Source of the DNA: Lama guanicoe | Taxonomy: Eukaryota | Length of the DNA: 64,000 nt | Reading direction: 5' to 3' | Assembly (NCBI GenBank): GCA_013239625.1 | Contig: MU053487.1 | Location: 949,058-1,013,057, forward strand | Shown here: one piece after another, positions 34,793 through 47,697 of the stretch | How positions within the stretch are numbered: the stretch's first letter is position 1 | How the letters are laid out: each line of letters begins with the position of its first letter | Notes under the pieces: generated by a model | The model's input: only the letters and a program-made list of their open reading frames with translations | Databases searched by the model: none | Told to the model about the DNA's origin: nothing | Position numbers and translations under genes: made by a program

Positions 34793-36799
34793 TTACAAAT
34801 GCTACTTTTATTTTTGGTTGGTTAGAGGAGGAATGATTCACAGTACTGAGAAGGAGTAAAAAGATTCAGAGGCCTCCCAGTGTAGGGCAAGCTTGCTAAC
34901 AATAGCGAACGGACAGATCGATAGCAAATCCATTTCAGAGAGCTTGCTCGTGGAGAATATTGATATATAACTTGGTCATTCCTCCTGTGAAATAAACAGG
35001 CACCTCGTGTCTCTGCAAGAAAATCCACACACAGGAGCCAGGGTAATGTTTCTAAACAATTAATTGGATTATTATCGAGGCTTAATGGATTGGTTCAACA
35101 TTTTCCCACAAAATCATCAAGAGACTTGGGTTAGCAGTTTCCTTGTAGCTGTCATCAGAATATATAACAGGATGTAGGAGTTCTAAATTAGTATTACTTT
35201 TTACAGTATTCTGTGTGCATTATTTACATTATAAATAGGGTCTATTTGAAAGCCATTGACTGGGTCTTTGGCTTTGTTTGAAACAGCAGATATGATAAAC
35301 ATTGTGGCCTACTCAGTTCCCTAAGGAACATGATATAGCTGTTTAAATTGTAAACGAGAACATCAAAACTGGTTGATGATTATATACAGACAAAATATTT
35401 AATAATGCAAGAATTTACACGAGAGGCATGAGAAAGACCCTCTAATACACGTGTCAGTTTAACCTAGCCACTGGGAAAATACAGATATTTTCTTCACGGG
35501 GAAGGAATGAAGGAAAAGAAATATCATAATGTTTGACTTGCCCTCAGGAATAATCTGTCCTAGATATGGACCAAAAATAAATAAATAAATAAAGTTACCA
35601 AGTGAAATATTTCTTTCTTTGTGAAGCTACAAACAGATGTAGAGGGAAGATTACAAGTCAGTGAAGATTTATTGATAACTCAGTATATATGGATATTTCA
35701 GCATATTGCCTCTTTAATCCTTAAGGCAGCCCCTTGAAGGGAGAGCTCCCATATGAAGGTTGAGGCAGTAGTGTTTTAAAGTTCATCTGGCATGCATAAG
35801 GTCATAGGACAAGTAGATGAGACAGTGACATAATCAGAATTTGAGCCTTTTGATTTCAGTCTCTTTTCTTTCATGATCATTGTGTCTGTTAATATTAATC
35901 CAACTCATTGTTTGCAGGGGTGATGCAAACTAATGGAAGGAAGCCATTACACTGCCCATGTAAAAATAGGAAAATAGGGAACTCAGTTTTTGTCAAGGTT
36001 AGAGTTTGGGATGTGAGCACTTCCCTTTGTTATCCCCAAATCTAGGGCTCAAATATCCATCTAAATGATCAGGTTGGCAGGAAGCTCTGCCTGTCTCCTG
36101 TCACTCTTTACATGGCTTCCTGCTCTTACGAGTGCCTTCGGATGGCACAGTGCTGGCTCACCCTACTTGCCTGGTGTTTAGACTTGGGCTGTTTGGCCAG
36201 TGCTAGTGTGGTAAACTGGTTGAGGGAAGTCCAACACAGCAGGCCTCTTGGGTGCTGAGCAACACTGTGCTCCCAGCACTGGGCTTGGTCCAGAGAGAAC
36301 CACACCCAGAACTTACACAAAATCCCAAGGGCATAGTCCTTTTTGAATCACCTTTCCTGGGTTTTCAGGGATGTGTTCTGACTGGGATAGCAGGAGGTTC
36401 CCATAATTGCTAGCTTCCAGTGTAGATTTCCGCCTCTGTGGAGGGGTCCTTTGATGGAGATTGGTTGGACTTTTTTCCATGTTATACCTTGATTTGAAGG
36501 TTTCAGCTCATTTCAGTCATACTCATAGGCATATTCCTGAGAAATTTAGGTCAGAATAGGTTCCAATGTCTGCTACATCATAGGATGACATAATGATATC
36601 CTTTCTCAGCCTGATTGACTTGGTGAAGGGCCAGCCTATTGATCTTTCAGCTCTCAGGGTAGTAATTATGTTGCTCTTTTAAGGAATCAAGATACTTCAT
36701 AAGAGAAAAGAGATACAAGTAAAACATAAGTGAAATAAATACTCTATGATATAAAATTTGAAGCAGAACCATCATATTATCTCCTGATTGTTTTATCTT

Positions 36800-37855
36800 A
36801 ATAATACCAATTTCTTAGTCTGTTCACTAATCTATCTAGGCTTATAAAGTTCTAAAATCAATGACAGCAAAATAGTAATGAACACCCCTAAGGTACAGAT
36901 TGTGGTATCTAAGCATTATTCCCCACTAAATGGAACCAGAACTCCCCAGACATAGTTGATTCTAGGTTGGGACAGAAAATATACAAAGTGAAGCTTAGCA
37001 TTTTGTTGTAATAGAAGGCTAGAAACTATCAAAGGCTAATGAAATTATGTAAAACAAACCAAGTAATACTTTAAGGGAGCTCCTTCTGGTCCAAGATGGA
37101 ACAATTTGATCATCAAAATGAATAATGATTGGAATAGACTGAAGCACATGAAATATGTGAAAATCCATGAATTTCCTTGAGGATAAAAGACAATGTGGAG
37201 AGAGAGATGCAGGTGACAGCCAGTACCAATCATAAGACATGGTAAGGCTACCGTGGACCATCTAGTCTTCACTAAAGCCACCAGCTGACTGCTGCCAGAT
37301 AAAGGACCCCAGGAAAGAACAGCCTAAGAGCCACTCAGCTGAGCCCAGATTAAATTATTGATCTGTGGAATGTAGAAGTAATACATTATAATTGTTTTAA
37401 AACACTAAATTTTAGGGTGGAGGTTATGCAGGAATAGATTGCAGAAATAGTCATAATAACTAAATGCAATGTGTGAACATTGCTTGGATCTATAGTCAAA
37501 CAAATCAAATCAAACAAATCAAAAAAGTAAAAAGGATTCTTTGAGACAAATAAGGAAATTTGAACATGGATTACATATTTGATGATGTCAGAAATTGTTA
37601 ATTTTATTTCATCATGTAGACAAAAAAGTGATATAGCCATTGCATACTATAAATTTACCATGAAAATAACCTGATATATGGGATTTGTTTTATAATAACC
37701 AAGTTTAGAAAAATTGAGGAGGGTAGATAAAAAGAAATTGGAAAGATCTTGATAATTATTGAAGTTGAGTGCGGTCTTGATGATAATTTTTATACTATTG
37801 TTTAAGCTTCTGATTGCATTTTCAATGCTTCTTATACTAAATTTTAAAAAAATCA
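36800..37855 (+). mobile_element. Old L1MC-type 3' UTR, interrupted by an MLT1 fragment
   Basis: 'gtaatgaacacccct...cagattgtggtatctaa...ccccactaaatggaaccag...ccaagatggaacaatttga...taactaaatgcaatgtgtg...ggaaatttgaacatgga'. Confidence 0.75.
37190..37445 (+). mobile_element. MaLR MLT1 3' fragment
   Basis: 'ccactcagctgagcccaga...attgttttaaaacactaaattt...ggttatgcaggaatagat'. Confidence 0.65.
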
Positions 37856-38552
37856 ATTACACTTTCTGGCTTCTCAACAAACATTCATTTTCAACATATG
37901 GGTCTTTTCTCTGTCTTCCTATTGAGGGGTGAGGGTTGGCTATCTGGGAGTATCTCTGGGTGGAGCTGCTTGCAAGTTGTGTTGGTTGTTGTATAAATGG
38001 AGTTTGAGAGCCATTAAAACTGTCACACAGTAAGAGTTCCATATTAACTTCAGCAGGAATGATGCAAACTATCACATGGGAGCTGTCTGAAAACCTTGCA
38101 GCCTCATTAATCATGCCCTTTTTATTAAAAAAAAAGTTTCATTTGACACCGTAGAAAAAAAATGGGACCCATCTGCAGTCTAATACTTAAAGACAGACAG
38201 TCGAGTTGTAAGGTAGGTAACAGTCCAGCTGTCCTGGGTGGCTAAAGTCCTTACATCTGCTAATTGAGCTGAGGGAGAAATTGCCCTAGTGAACTTCCTT
38301 CTAGGAGTGTCATAGCCATGAGTCTAGAGTGCGCATTCCATTGAGGGAAGGTTTATTATATGCATGGAGGGTGGTCACTTGGATTTGAGACAGGTTCTCT
38401 GGTACAGAAGTCCATTCAAAGAGGGTTAAGGATAGATTATCCTACCCTAGGGAATAAGTCACATAGAACCCTGGTTTTCTTTAAAAAAAGAAAAAAGAGC
38501 AAAACAAACTTCATTTTCCTACCCTCTACAAATTACAAAAAATATTGTAAAA

Positions 38553-38715
38553 TTTATTTTTATTTGGAGGGGGTAATTTTATTTATGTATGTATGTATGT
38601 ATGTATGTATGTATGTATTTATTTATTTATTTATTTTACTGGCAGTGCTGGGGATTGAACCCAGGACCTTGTGCATGTGAATAATGTGCTCTACCACTGA
38701 GCTGTTCCCCCCACC
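38553..38715 (-). mobile_element. tRNA-derived SINE, vic-1-like (camelid), with (ATGT)n(ATTT)n tail microsatellite
   Basis: 'gtgctggggattgaacccaggaccttgtgcatg...gctctaccactgagct'; tail module 'ggagggggtaatt'. Confidence 0.85.
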
Positions 38716-39454
38716 TTCCACCCCCCACTTAAAAGCTTTAAATGGGGAGCTACAACTTGCTGAGGGCCTGCTGCTGGCCATATGTGTGGTAAGTACTCCA
38801 CACACTTGGTCTTACTTAGTCCTCACTAAACCCTGCCCTGTTTGCATTATGTTGTCATATTTAAAGATGAGCGATATTTGGTGTCTCCACCCAAATCGGA
38901 GTTGATTTACGAACTAGGTTCCCCTTCTCTATTCGTTGGCCATTGAATAAAGCTTGTGCTGTTCCAGTCTCCAAAATAGCTAGCTGGCTAGCAACATGAA
39001 GGCAGAGAGGCTAATAATTGTCCCAAATCTTTTGTGGTCCTCTACCATCTCCTACTTCCAGAAGGGTTTCTGAACTGAGCCATTTTTCAGAGATCAGAGA
39101 CCATATTTACTCATATGATTAAAAAGTGTAAAATCCAGATGGGCTATTCCAGTGTTTTGGAATCAAGGAAGTCAGTGTTAGGCTTGACTGAGGAGGGTTG
39201 ATTTGGTTACAGGGTATAAACCCACTCAATTAGTTAAGACTGTCTTGTGGTATCATATCTAACTGTTAAAAAGGGCTGCCTCTCTCAACATAGATAAGGC
39301 TCATGTATATGTATATATAAAAGATAATGTAAAGACAAAAATATTTGAGGGTTAGTTGCATGTATTACTAAACTAGTCCTAATAATAATTGAATAACACT
39401 TTGTAAAACATGCTTTTTTACTTTTGACTTCCCTATGAGTCAGGTTATGGTAGG

Positions 39455-39650
39455 AGAAAGAGTGGCTTTTGAACCAGAGGAACCTGAAATTGGATTCTAG
39501 CAATGCCCCTTATCAGCAGTGGTATATTGACAAATTAATATCTCTAAGCCTTGGTTTCCTTATCCATCAAAAAATAAAATAATGATGATTGTAACCCATA
39601 AAGAACAAAATGAGATTATACAGGAGAGCCTCCAGCACAGTGTCTGACAA
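39455..39650 (+). mobile_element. MIR SINE
   Basis: 'ggcttttgaaccagagg...tctctaagccttggtttccttatc...cagcacagtgtctgaca'. Confidence 0.65.
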
Positions 39651-41924
39651 AGAATTTTCCTCCCCTTGAATGGAGTTACTTGCCTTTGTGTGTACTGAGC
39701 TTTATCTCTGCCTAATGGTTCTATGTATTCTCTTTATTATTCCGTACATAATAATATAAGGTTATTGCCAATGAGGTGAAATTAAGGGATGCTAGTAAGA
39801 TGTATTTTGTGGAATGTGTTGACTTCCATTACTGAAGTGATGTGACAAAGGCAGGGAAAATTACCCAAGGGGCAGTCTACTCACAGTGTTCCCTGCTCCA
39901 GTTAAGTTTCACACATCAGGAAGTGTTGGTGGATGTCTTTACCCAGAACAGTGTTGCAAGAGAGTCTTGCTAGGAAATGCAGAGGACAGCTGTGTGACTT
40001 ACCCCTTGTACAGACTTGGGCAGTCAGGTGGAGAAGCACAGACACAAATGTGTGATCTAATATATGTCACTTTCTCTCCTCTGCTGATGTCATTTTTCAT
40101 GATAATCCTTTTCCGGACTCCTCTGACTTTCTCCCAGGAAGGAGCCAAATAGAACACATATGGTCCTACCTCCTTTGAAAAAACAAAACAAAACAAAACT
40201 TTTTTTGCATGTAGTGGTTCTTATTATAATGCTATTGAATTTTGACTAATACCTTTAGCTCTGTTTGGTTAAACCTTCAGTGTGTTTTTGGTTTCCTTCA
40301 GTGTTGTGGTTTAAAAAATATTGCAAATCATTCCATTTCTGCATGCTTTCTATATTTACTCGTCCTGTTCTCCTACAAGGTCTGATTCTCTCTTCCGTGC
40401 CAGACAGATCAGCATCTTCTCTTTAAGTTGAGATTTTCTCATATTCTAGCAAATGTATCCTCTAAATTTTGTACAGCACATCCCACTCAGCATTATCTGG
40501 CCAGAGTGCCTAGGAAAACCCAAATCCTCATTCTCCGCAGCTGCCCTTACTTCACTGTGAGATTCCTAAAAAAGATCTTTGCAAAACTTAGGCAAAGCAA
40601 GGTAAAGTACGACTTTATTCTTATCTGAGGACATGGTTCTACACCCCACTCTGGAGGTCCTGGGACGTAGGGATGGCCTTGCCCTCCCCACTCAACACCC
40701 TCCATTTAAATCTAGATTAGCAGTCAAGTGCAAAATTCAAGATGGGTCAGAACAGGCTAGCAGGCACCAGAGGAAAAGAAGAAAGACAGACCACAAGTGA
40801 GGGAGGTGTTTCCTCAAGGCCTGGAGAACTGGCCTAGGACACAACCCTGACCTCATGGGGTGGAGGAGAGGATGGGAGACGCCCCGCTCTTACCTTCCAG
40901 CCTTGTTGAGTCTGGAAAGAAGCTGTAGTCAGGCTCATGCCTGCTGCTTTTTCTATATCCCTTGGATGCTCCACTTTTAGAAAACATGGTCCATGCAGGA
41001 TCTTCATACTTAATACTTTGACCCAGTCTAGAACATGTTAAGGAAGGTATGGGTAGAAAGAAGGAGTCTTTCGGTCTTCTTAAAGCCAATAACCATTATC
41101 CCTGCTTAACTGCAACCTGATTTGAGCTTTTGGTGTTACACTTGAGCCTTTTGTCACAATATTCTGATCACAAAGTATTGACTTTACTTTTTTCTCCTCA
41201 TGATTAAGTTGGGATCTTAAAAATTCCTCAGGTTGGCTCTGAAAGTTTTAATGCAAATGGCTAAGTGGTTTTGAGATTCATTTGTGCATATGTAATAGGA
41301 TGTTGTTTTGGTATGTTCAGATTAATAATTTGTGTATAGTACAATATAAATTCCAAAGCACTTCAATCATGAAAGAATTTATTCATGCCATGAACACTTT
41401 TTGAGGGACCACTGTGCATCAGGTCAGGTGCTAAGACCTTAAAATAGAAATACCTATTGCCTTGTTATCCTCATGTGCACCCTTAGAATTAGGGGTCCAA
41501 CTGTTGATGAAGTCAATAGATAAAGAAGTGGAATCTTACAGAGGTTTTGTCCATTTGCCCAAGGTCCCACAGAGATAAAGTTATGGAGCTGAAACTGAAC
41601 TCTATAACTTCTGTCATTCATCATACTGCACTATAATCATTGTTCTAAATGATTGTCCTTCAGTGTCTTAAGTAGTGTATTAAAGTTTAACTGTGACTCA
41701 AAATCCATAGTTTATCTGTCTTGAAATGAATCCGTCATTGGAGTCCTACAGTCATGGTGGGTTGGACCAGTGTAGTTCTCATTCTCTTCCTCCTGGCAAA
41801 AAAACTGCTAAAACCCATAGTTCTGATTTCTACAATTTGACTATAATTCTTTGCCACTCCTCCTTACCACCGGGGCTTTAGAAAGAAGGGAAGAAATGAA
41901 GTATGAGGAAAAAGAAACAAAAGG

Positions 41925-42085
41925 AAATAGGACTCAGGAGAACTACTTTCTAACCCTAGTTCATACAGCTGATCAGCTGTGTAGTACTGAGCAGGCCACT
42001 TATCGTCTCTGAACCTCAGTTTCCTCATTTGTCAAGTGGGTTGAACTAGAACATTTTAAAGGTCCCTCTGGTCCTTAGATTTTAG
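41925..42085 (+). mobile_element. MIR3/MIR SINE
   Basis: 'agctgtgtagtactgagcaggccactt...ctctgaacctcagtttcctcatttgt...tttaaaggtccctc'. Confidence 0.75.
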
Positions 42086-42214
42086 GGATCTAAGAAAGGG
42101 AAAATAAAGAATGGGAATATCAAGGAAATACAGATGAGTAGAGTTTCACTACAGAACAGAGGGTTGTATTGCCCATTTCCTTCCTCCAAAGAATCTCTTG
42201 TCCTTTCCTGGAGG

Positions 42215-42432
42215 GTGTGTAACTTAGAGTAAGCTTTTGAGAAGCAGGTTGCCATTATCTTGTAAAGTTGAAAATCCACGCACTTTGAGATCTAGCAGTT
42301 CCCTTTCTGGGTCTATACCAGGAAACATCATTCCCACGCACATTAGGAGACAAGTACAAGGATGTTCATAGTGCTGGAATGGAAGGAAAAGCCACCTAAA
42401 TGCCCATCAAAAAAACAGTAGATGAATACATT
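42215..42432 (+). mobile_element. Ancient L1ME fragment
   Basis: 'ctttgagatctagcagttccctttctgggtctatacc...tacaaggatgttcatag...acctaaatgcccatcaa'. Confidence 0.65.
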
Positions 42433-42789
42433 TCCCAAGGGAAAGAAGACTAATGCCTTCTGCTCACCATTGTGCCGTAATAGGCTGAATGTGTTGATGC
42501 TGCAAACATGTACCGAGTGTATTCTCTTTACCCATTACTGTGTCAACTGTGAATCCTGAACATATTGTGGTGGCTAATGCACATTCCTTGTGCTCTTAGA
42601 ATTCCAAGATCATTTTGCTTTTTCTCACAGTATTGACAAACCAGTTCAATAAATCAGTTTTCTCATCTAATTGCAAAAGTGGTATAATAATGTATCAATT
42701 GATTCTTTGATCTGTTGATTACTTGTCTGAAACTACAAAGCGCATTATTACGTTTTTTTCTTAATAAAATTTCCTTTTATTCTCCTCTT

Positions 42790-44430
42790 TTATTTCCATC
42801 TACTTTCTGCCTCTGTGTATTTACCTATTTTTGTATTTACATTTCACATAAATGGAGTCATGCAATATGTGGCTTTCTGTGATTGGGTTCCTTCACTTAG
42901 CATAATGTTTCCAAGGTTCATCCAAGTTTTAGCACGTATCAGTACTCCATTCCCTTTTTAAAATAATTAATTAATTTTAAAATTGAAATACAGTCAGTTA
43001 CAATGTGTCAGTTTCTGGTGTACAGCACAATGTCCCAGTCATGCATATACATACATATATTCACTTTGATACGTGGAATCTAAAAAAAGAAAGAACAAAT
43101 AGGACACTAATGAACTCATCTACAAAACAGAAACACACTCGCAGACATAGTAAGCAATCTTATGGTAACCGGGGGAAAGGGAGTGGAAAGGAATAAATAT
43201 GGGAGTTTGAGATTTTCAAATGTTAGCCACTGTATATAAAGATAGATTAAAAAGACTATATTCAATATCCATTCCCTTTTATGATGAAATAATATTCCAT
43301 ATATAGATATACCACATTCTGTAAATCCATCCATCTGTTATTTCCACTCTTTAGTTATTGTATATAATGCCACTATGAATATTTGTATACAAGTTTTGTG
43401 TGGACACGTTTTCATTTCTGTATGTATATATGTCGAAGAGTAGAAGAAGTTATATAGTTACTCTATGTTTAATTCTTGGAGAAACTGTCAAGTTGTTTTC
43501 TAAAGTGATGGTACCATTTTACCACCCCAGTGAAAATATGTAAGGCATCCAGTTTCTCCACATCTTCTTGAACACTTGTTATTGTCTGTCTTCTTTATTT
43601 TAGCCAACTTAGTAGGTATAAAGTAGTATCTTAACAAAACTTTAATTTGCATTTCTTTAATGGCTAATGATGTTGAACATCTTTTCATACGCTTTTTGAA
43701 TGTTGAAACATTTTTCTTTGGAGAAATACCTAATTCATATCTTTTGCCTGTCCTATTTGGATTGTTTATCCTTTTTGTGGTTGGATTGTTTATATATAGA
43801 ATTCTTTATATATTGAGTTTATGAGTTCTTTATATATTCTGAATATAAACTCTCATCAAATATATAACTTGCAAATATTTTCTCCCATTCAGTGGGTTAT
43901 CTTTTCTCTTCCTTAGAGTCCAAAATTTTAACTTTTAATTAAGTCTAATTTATCTATTTTTTTTCTTTTGTTGCTTGCTTAAGCTTTTGGTCATACTTAA
44001 GAAATCATCACCTAATCCATGATCATGCTTACTCCTAGGTTTTCTTCTAACAGTTTTGTAATCTTAGTTCTTACATTTGTCTACAATTCATTCTGAGTTA
44101 ATTTTTACATGTGTTGTGAAGCAGGGGAATGACTTTAATTTTTTGCATGAGGATATCCAGTAGTTGCAGCACCATTTGTTAAAATGACTATTCTTTCCTC
44201 ATTGAATTATATTTGCACCTTTGTTGAACATTGATTGATTTTTAGTGTAAGGGTTTATTCCTGGACTCTCAAGTCTGTTCAGTTGATCTATATGTCTGTT
44301 CTTAAGCCAATACTACATTGTCTTGATTACTGCTGCTTTGTGATAAATTTTGAATTTAGAAAGTGTGAGTCCTACAACCTCTTCTTCTTTATCAAGATTG
44401 TTTTGTTATTCTGCTTTTCCATATGAAATT
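42790..44430 (-). mobile_element. Old L1 (L1MB-type) ORF2 3' part + 3' UTR, interrupted at 42959-43267
   Basis: 'acatttcacataaatggagtcatgcaatatgtgg...ttcacttagcataatgtttccaaggttcatcca', 'ttaatttgcatttctttaatggctaatgatgttgaacatcttttcat', 'cagcaccatttgttaaaatgacta'. Confidence 0.9.
42959..43267 (-). mobile_element. Young L1 3' end insertion with 5' inversion and 13-bp TSD
   Basis: Minus-strand 3' terminus 42959-~43062 joined to plus-strand 3'UTR ~43063-43267; TSD tccattccctttt at 42946-42958 and 43268-43280. Confidence 0.88.
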
Positions 44431-45611
44431 TCCACATGCACTATTTGAATCAATTTATTAAATTATAAAAAATATTATAAAGTTACACTGTATACATACT
44501 TACTGACCAAGAATTCATCTAAATTTACTCTTAAGTCAAAAAAAAAAGAAAGGAAGAGAGATTCCACTATTCTATTTGAGAACGTTATAGTTGTTCTCAG
44601 TTCCCATGTAATTCTCAAAGTTTGAGCATCTTACCAAGATAGATGCCTTTAATGTTGAAGGTTGCAGGGTGTATTTTCAGGATTAATTCTGAAGATATAA
44701 AGTTTGCACCGTGTGTTCTTACTTTAGACTTCCTCTTACTTCCACTGTATAGTTACTCTTCCATAAACTTCTTAAGGGCAAAGATTGTATCATCGATGTC
44801 ATTTGTAGCTTCTCATATTACATTAGAGAGTTGTGGGCATCCTGTTAGTTTTCTGCTTCTACTCTACTACATACACAATCTTAGTTGCCTAAGGTGAGTC
44901 CAGGTTGGTGGAACCCATTGATCAGTAAAGACATCTAATGGGTGGAAAAGACTCTCACTTGAAGTCCATGAAGTAAAGCAGAGAAATAATGAGAAAGAGA
45001 GTAGACTGAATGATGAATTATGCTGGTGGGACTCATCAGGACAATACTGGGAACAAAGGATGAAGTGGGTGTTGTTTCTGTGACAGCCTGGGAACTCGTT
45101 TCATATGTATCTCGTTTTATGCATATTCCAGGACATAAGATTTTGCTCCAAGCCATGAAATTACATTATTTCTTAGTAAAAACACAAAGTAGATTCAAAA
45201 ATAGAACTTATAGAAGCTTTTTTATACCATAACTGAATTTTATAAGACGATGAAAGGAGTAGCAACCAAATATTTACTGCCATATTGAATGCCTTCCAAG
45301 GAATTTATCAACAATATTGACATATTGTCAAAGACAGGTGAAAAAAGTAGCTTGCTGGTTGGTGAACAGGGTTGCAACCTGAAAATTAGGTCTCTAGAAA
45401 AATCTAAAGGGTGAATTTTTAAAAATTCTATATTTTAATTGCTATATAATTCTGTATGTAAACTTATCATATGATATCATACAGGGATAAAAAAATAAAT
45501 GTTTGAACAAAGCCCAATCACAATCATTAGATCATCTGTTCAGATTTGGGGTCATTCTGTGGTGTATTTGCCCCTCTCAACAGTAGCCTTAGGTTTGCTG
45601 CTCAAGGTTGA

Positions 45612-45915
45612 AATTGTAGAACTTCAACATTAGAAAGATTTAGGACAAACCATTAAAAATCTCTTGCAAGATGACATCTAGCCTGTGCTTGACTACATTT
45701 GTTAATAAGGAACTCATTAATTACCCAAGTCATTCATTCATATTTTGTAAGCCTCTAAACAATGGACAAAAATATACCTCAATGAAACTTTAAATCATTG
45801 GATTATTTCTACCCTCCAGACACATTCTTCCAGATATTCGAGATAGTCATCATCTTCCTCCAGGGTCTCATTTTTATCCTAACTAAATGTCACTATTTTA
45901 TTCAAGCATTTGTTA
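45612..45915 (-). mobile_element. CR1/L3 LINE 3' fragment
   Basis: 'gatgacatctagcctgtgcttga...aaggaactcatta...ttccagatattcgagatagtcatcat...ttcaagcatt'. Confidence 0.5.
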
Positions 45916-46095
45916 AATTTTTAATTTTTTGCAGCAAAATTTAGCCCCTTTTAACTGAAACCCAAATTACATCTATTCCCATTAAAAATGTAGGGATACC
46001 CTAGTCACACAATTACGATGCTAAAATTTTTATATAGGAAGGAAGAGACAGTCTTTGGATAAATCCCAGCAAGTCATTTGCATCCCTTGTTCATA

Positions 46096-46136
46096 GATTT
46101 CAGTACCTTGTTGATTTCAGTACCTTGTTGATTTCA
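46096..46136 (+). repeat. 17-bp tandem duplication (gatttcagtaccttgtt x2.4)
   Basis: Exact units at 46096-46112 and 46113-46129, partial at 46130-46136. Confidence 0.95.
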
Positions 46137-47697
46137 TTTTCTGATGTGACAAATATAATCTCATTTTTACTGCACAGAGTCGGGAGAATTGACTATGTCC
46201 CAGATTTGCAGAATCATGAAGAGAGAAGCCTGGTTTCTGGGCTTCATTCATCACAGGGAGCAGAAAGCTGTACTTTCACTTGAGCCATATTCCACTCATG
46301 GGGTTATTCCTCCAATCCCGCACCAACCTTGGACAGAAAAGCAGTGGATCTCAGAGATATGCAGTCCTGCACTTACCATCTAGGCAGATGAGAAGAAAGA
46401 CTGGGCCCATAGATCCCATTCTTCTTTTGTCATGTTTCAGACCATTTAACCTTCTAACATGGATGCAAATTGTAGTCAAACGATTACAAGAACTAAAGCA
46501 ACATAAGAATTATAGAGCTATATCATGGGAAAGCAACTCAAGAGCTCAGCAACACCATTAACTTTTTAAAAGAGTTAATCCTCTGGGAAGTCTTCCTATT
46601 AATTAAACAAAGGTGAAAGAAAATAGGTTTTACATTTCTTCTGTGCAAGGGAGAAGGTGGGCTGTGGCCTGAATGCAAAGGAACTGTGTGATCACAGATC
46701 AATGCATCACCTCCTCAAGCACCTGAAGGGTGATGATTTCAGGTCATTTATCTGCAAAGCAATTAGGACCAATTTTTGTTCAGTCTTTCCTGGAGAAAAG
46801 AAGAGGTTTTGTTTGTTTGTTTTTTTGGTCAGAGAAGGTTTCCAGAAGCCCATAGGGATTTAATCCTACAGATCCACACAGTAGCCTAGGAGACAAGAGG
46901 CAAAGCCTCATTTGGTATTGAGCCTAGTGTCAATGGAATGGATTGGAGAGTGGAAAGTTGTCTGATGGAGTCGTTTAATAGCCACAGCGAAATGAGAGAC
47001 TATGGGTCTCCTGCTCCCTGCCCCAACCATATCTATCCCATCTAACAATACAAATCCTATGCATTCCACTTGTGCATTTGTGTTGTAATTAAGGATGTAT
47101 ACAATGGAGAACTCTGATTACCTGGTTTCCCACACATACCTGAGGATAGAGGTTGTTTGACAAGGCGTACGATACACAGATCAGATCCTGTGTGGACCCT
47201 AGAGAAGCACAAAGCAGAGCTGCTGGATGAGTCTGTTAGAGACTTGAGACCCTGGAGTTCGGAGATTATCTGTGCTTGAAGGAACAAAGATGATTGAGCC
47301 CTACAACAGGCAGATTGTCTTTCCTCTAGTGTTCTTATGAGCAGAGAGCCCTGTGGATGATCAATATGAGGTTGGCAAGTACAGATTTGAAAAGCAGTTT
47401 TGGAACTTAACATTAGTTATATCACTTGACAGTTAAAGTTTTTGTATCTGAATTTGCTGGTCAAGTGGGGATTAACTGGCTTTGCAAAATCGGTGCATTT
47501 TAGAGGTGTCTAAAAATTGTAGAAAGATTTCATCCTTTCTCAAAAGAGAAAGCTTCAAAAGGTAAATGATCTATTTTTCTATTTACCATTGGTATCTGGA
47601 GACAGGAAATGCATATTCTACCACTTGTAAGATCAAAAATAGAAGACCAAATGAAGGTGAAAGGTTTTTGAGGGAGAAAAATTGACCAAAAGTGTTT

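Noticed and set aside
36330..36660. Possible very old LINE reverse-transcriptase remnant on the minus strand
   Set aside because: Only a faint 'SNYG.LLL' resemblance to the NYRPISLL motif; not supportable without an HMM search.
46096..46136. CRISPR-like repeat array
   Set aside because: It is a contiguous tandem duplication without spacers, in eukaryotic DNA; no spaced repeat arrays were seen anywhere in the window.
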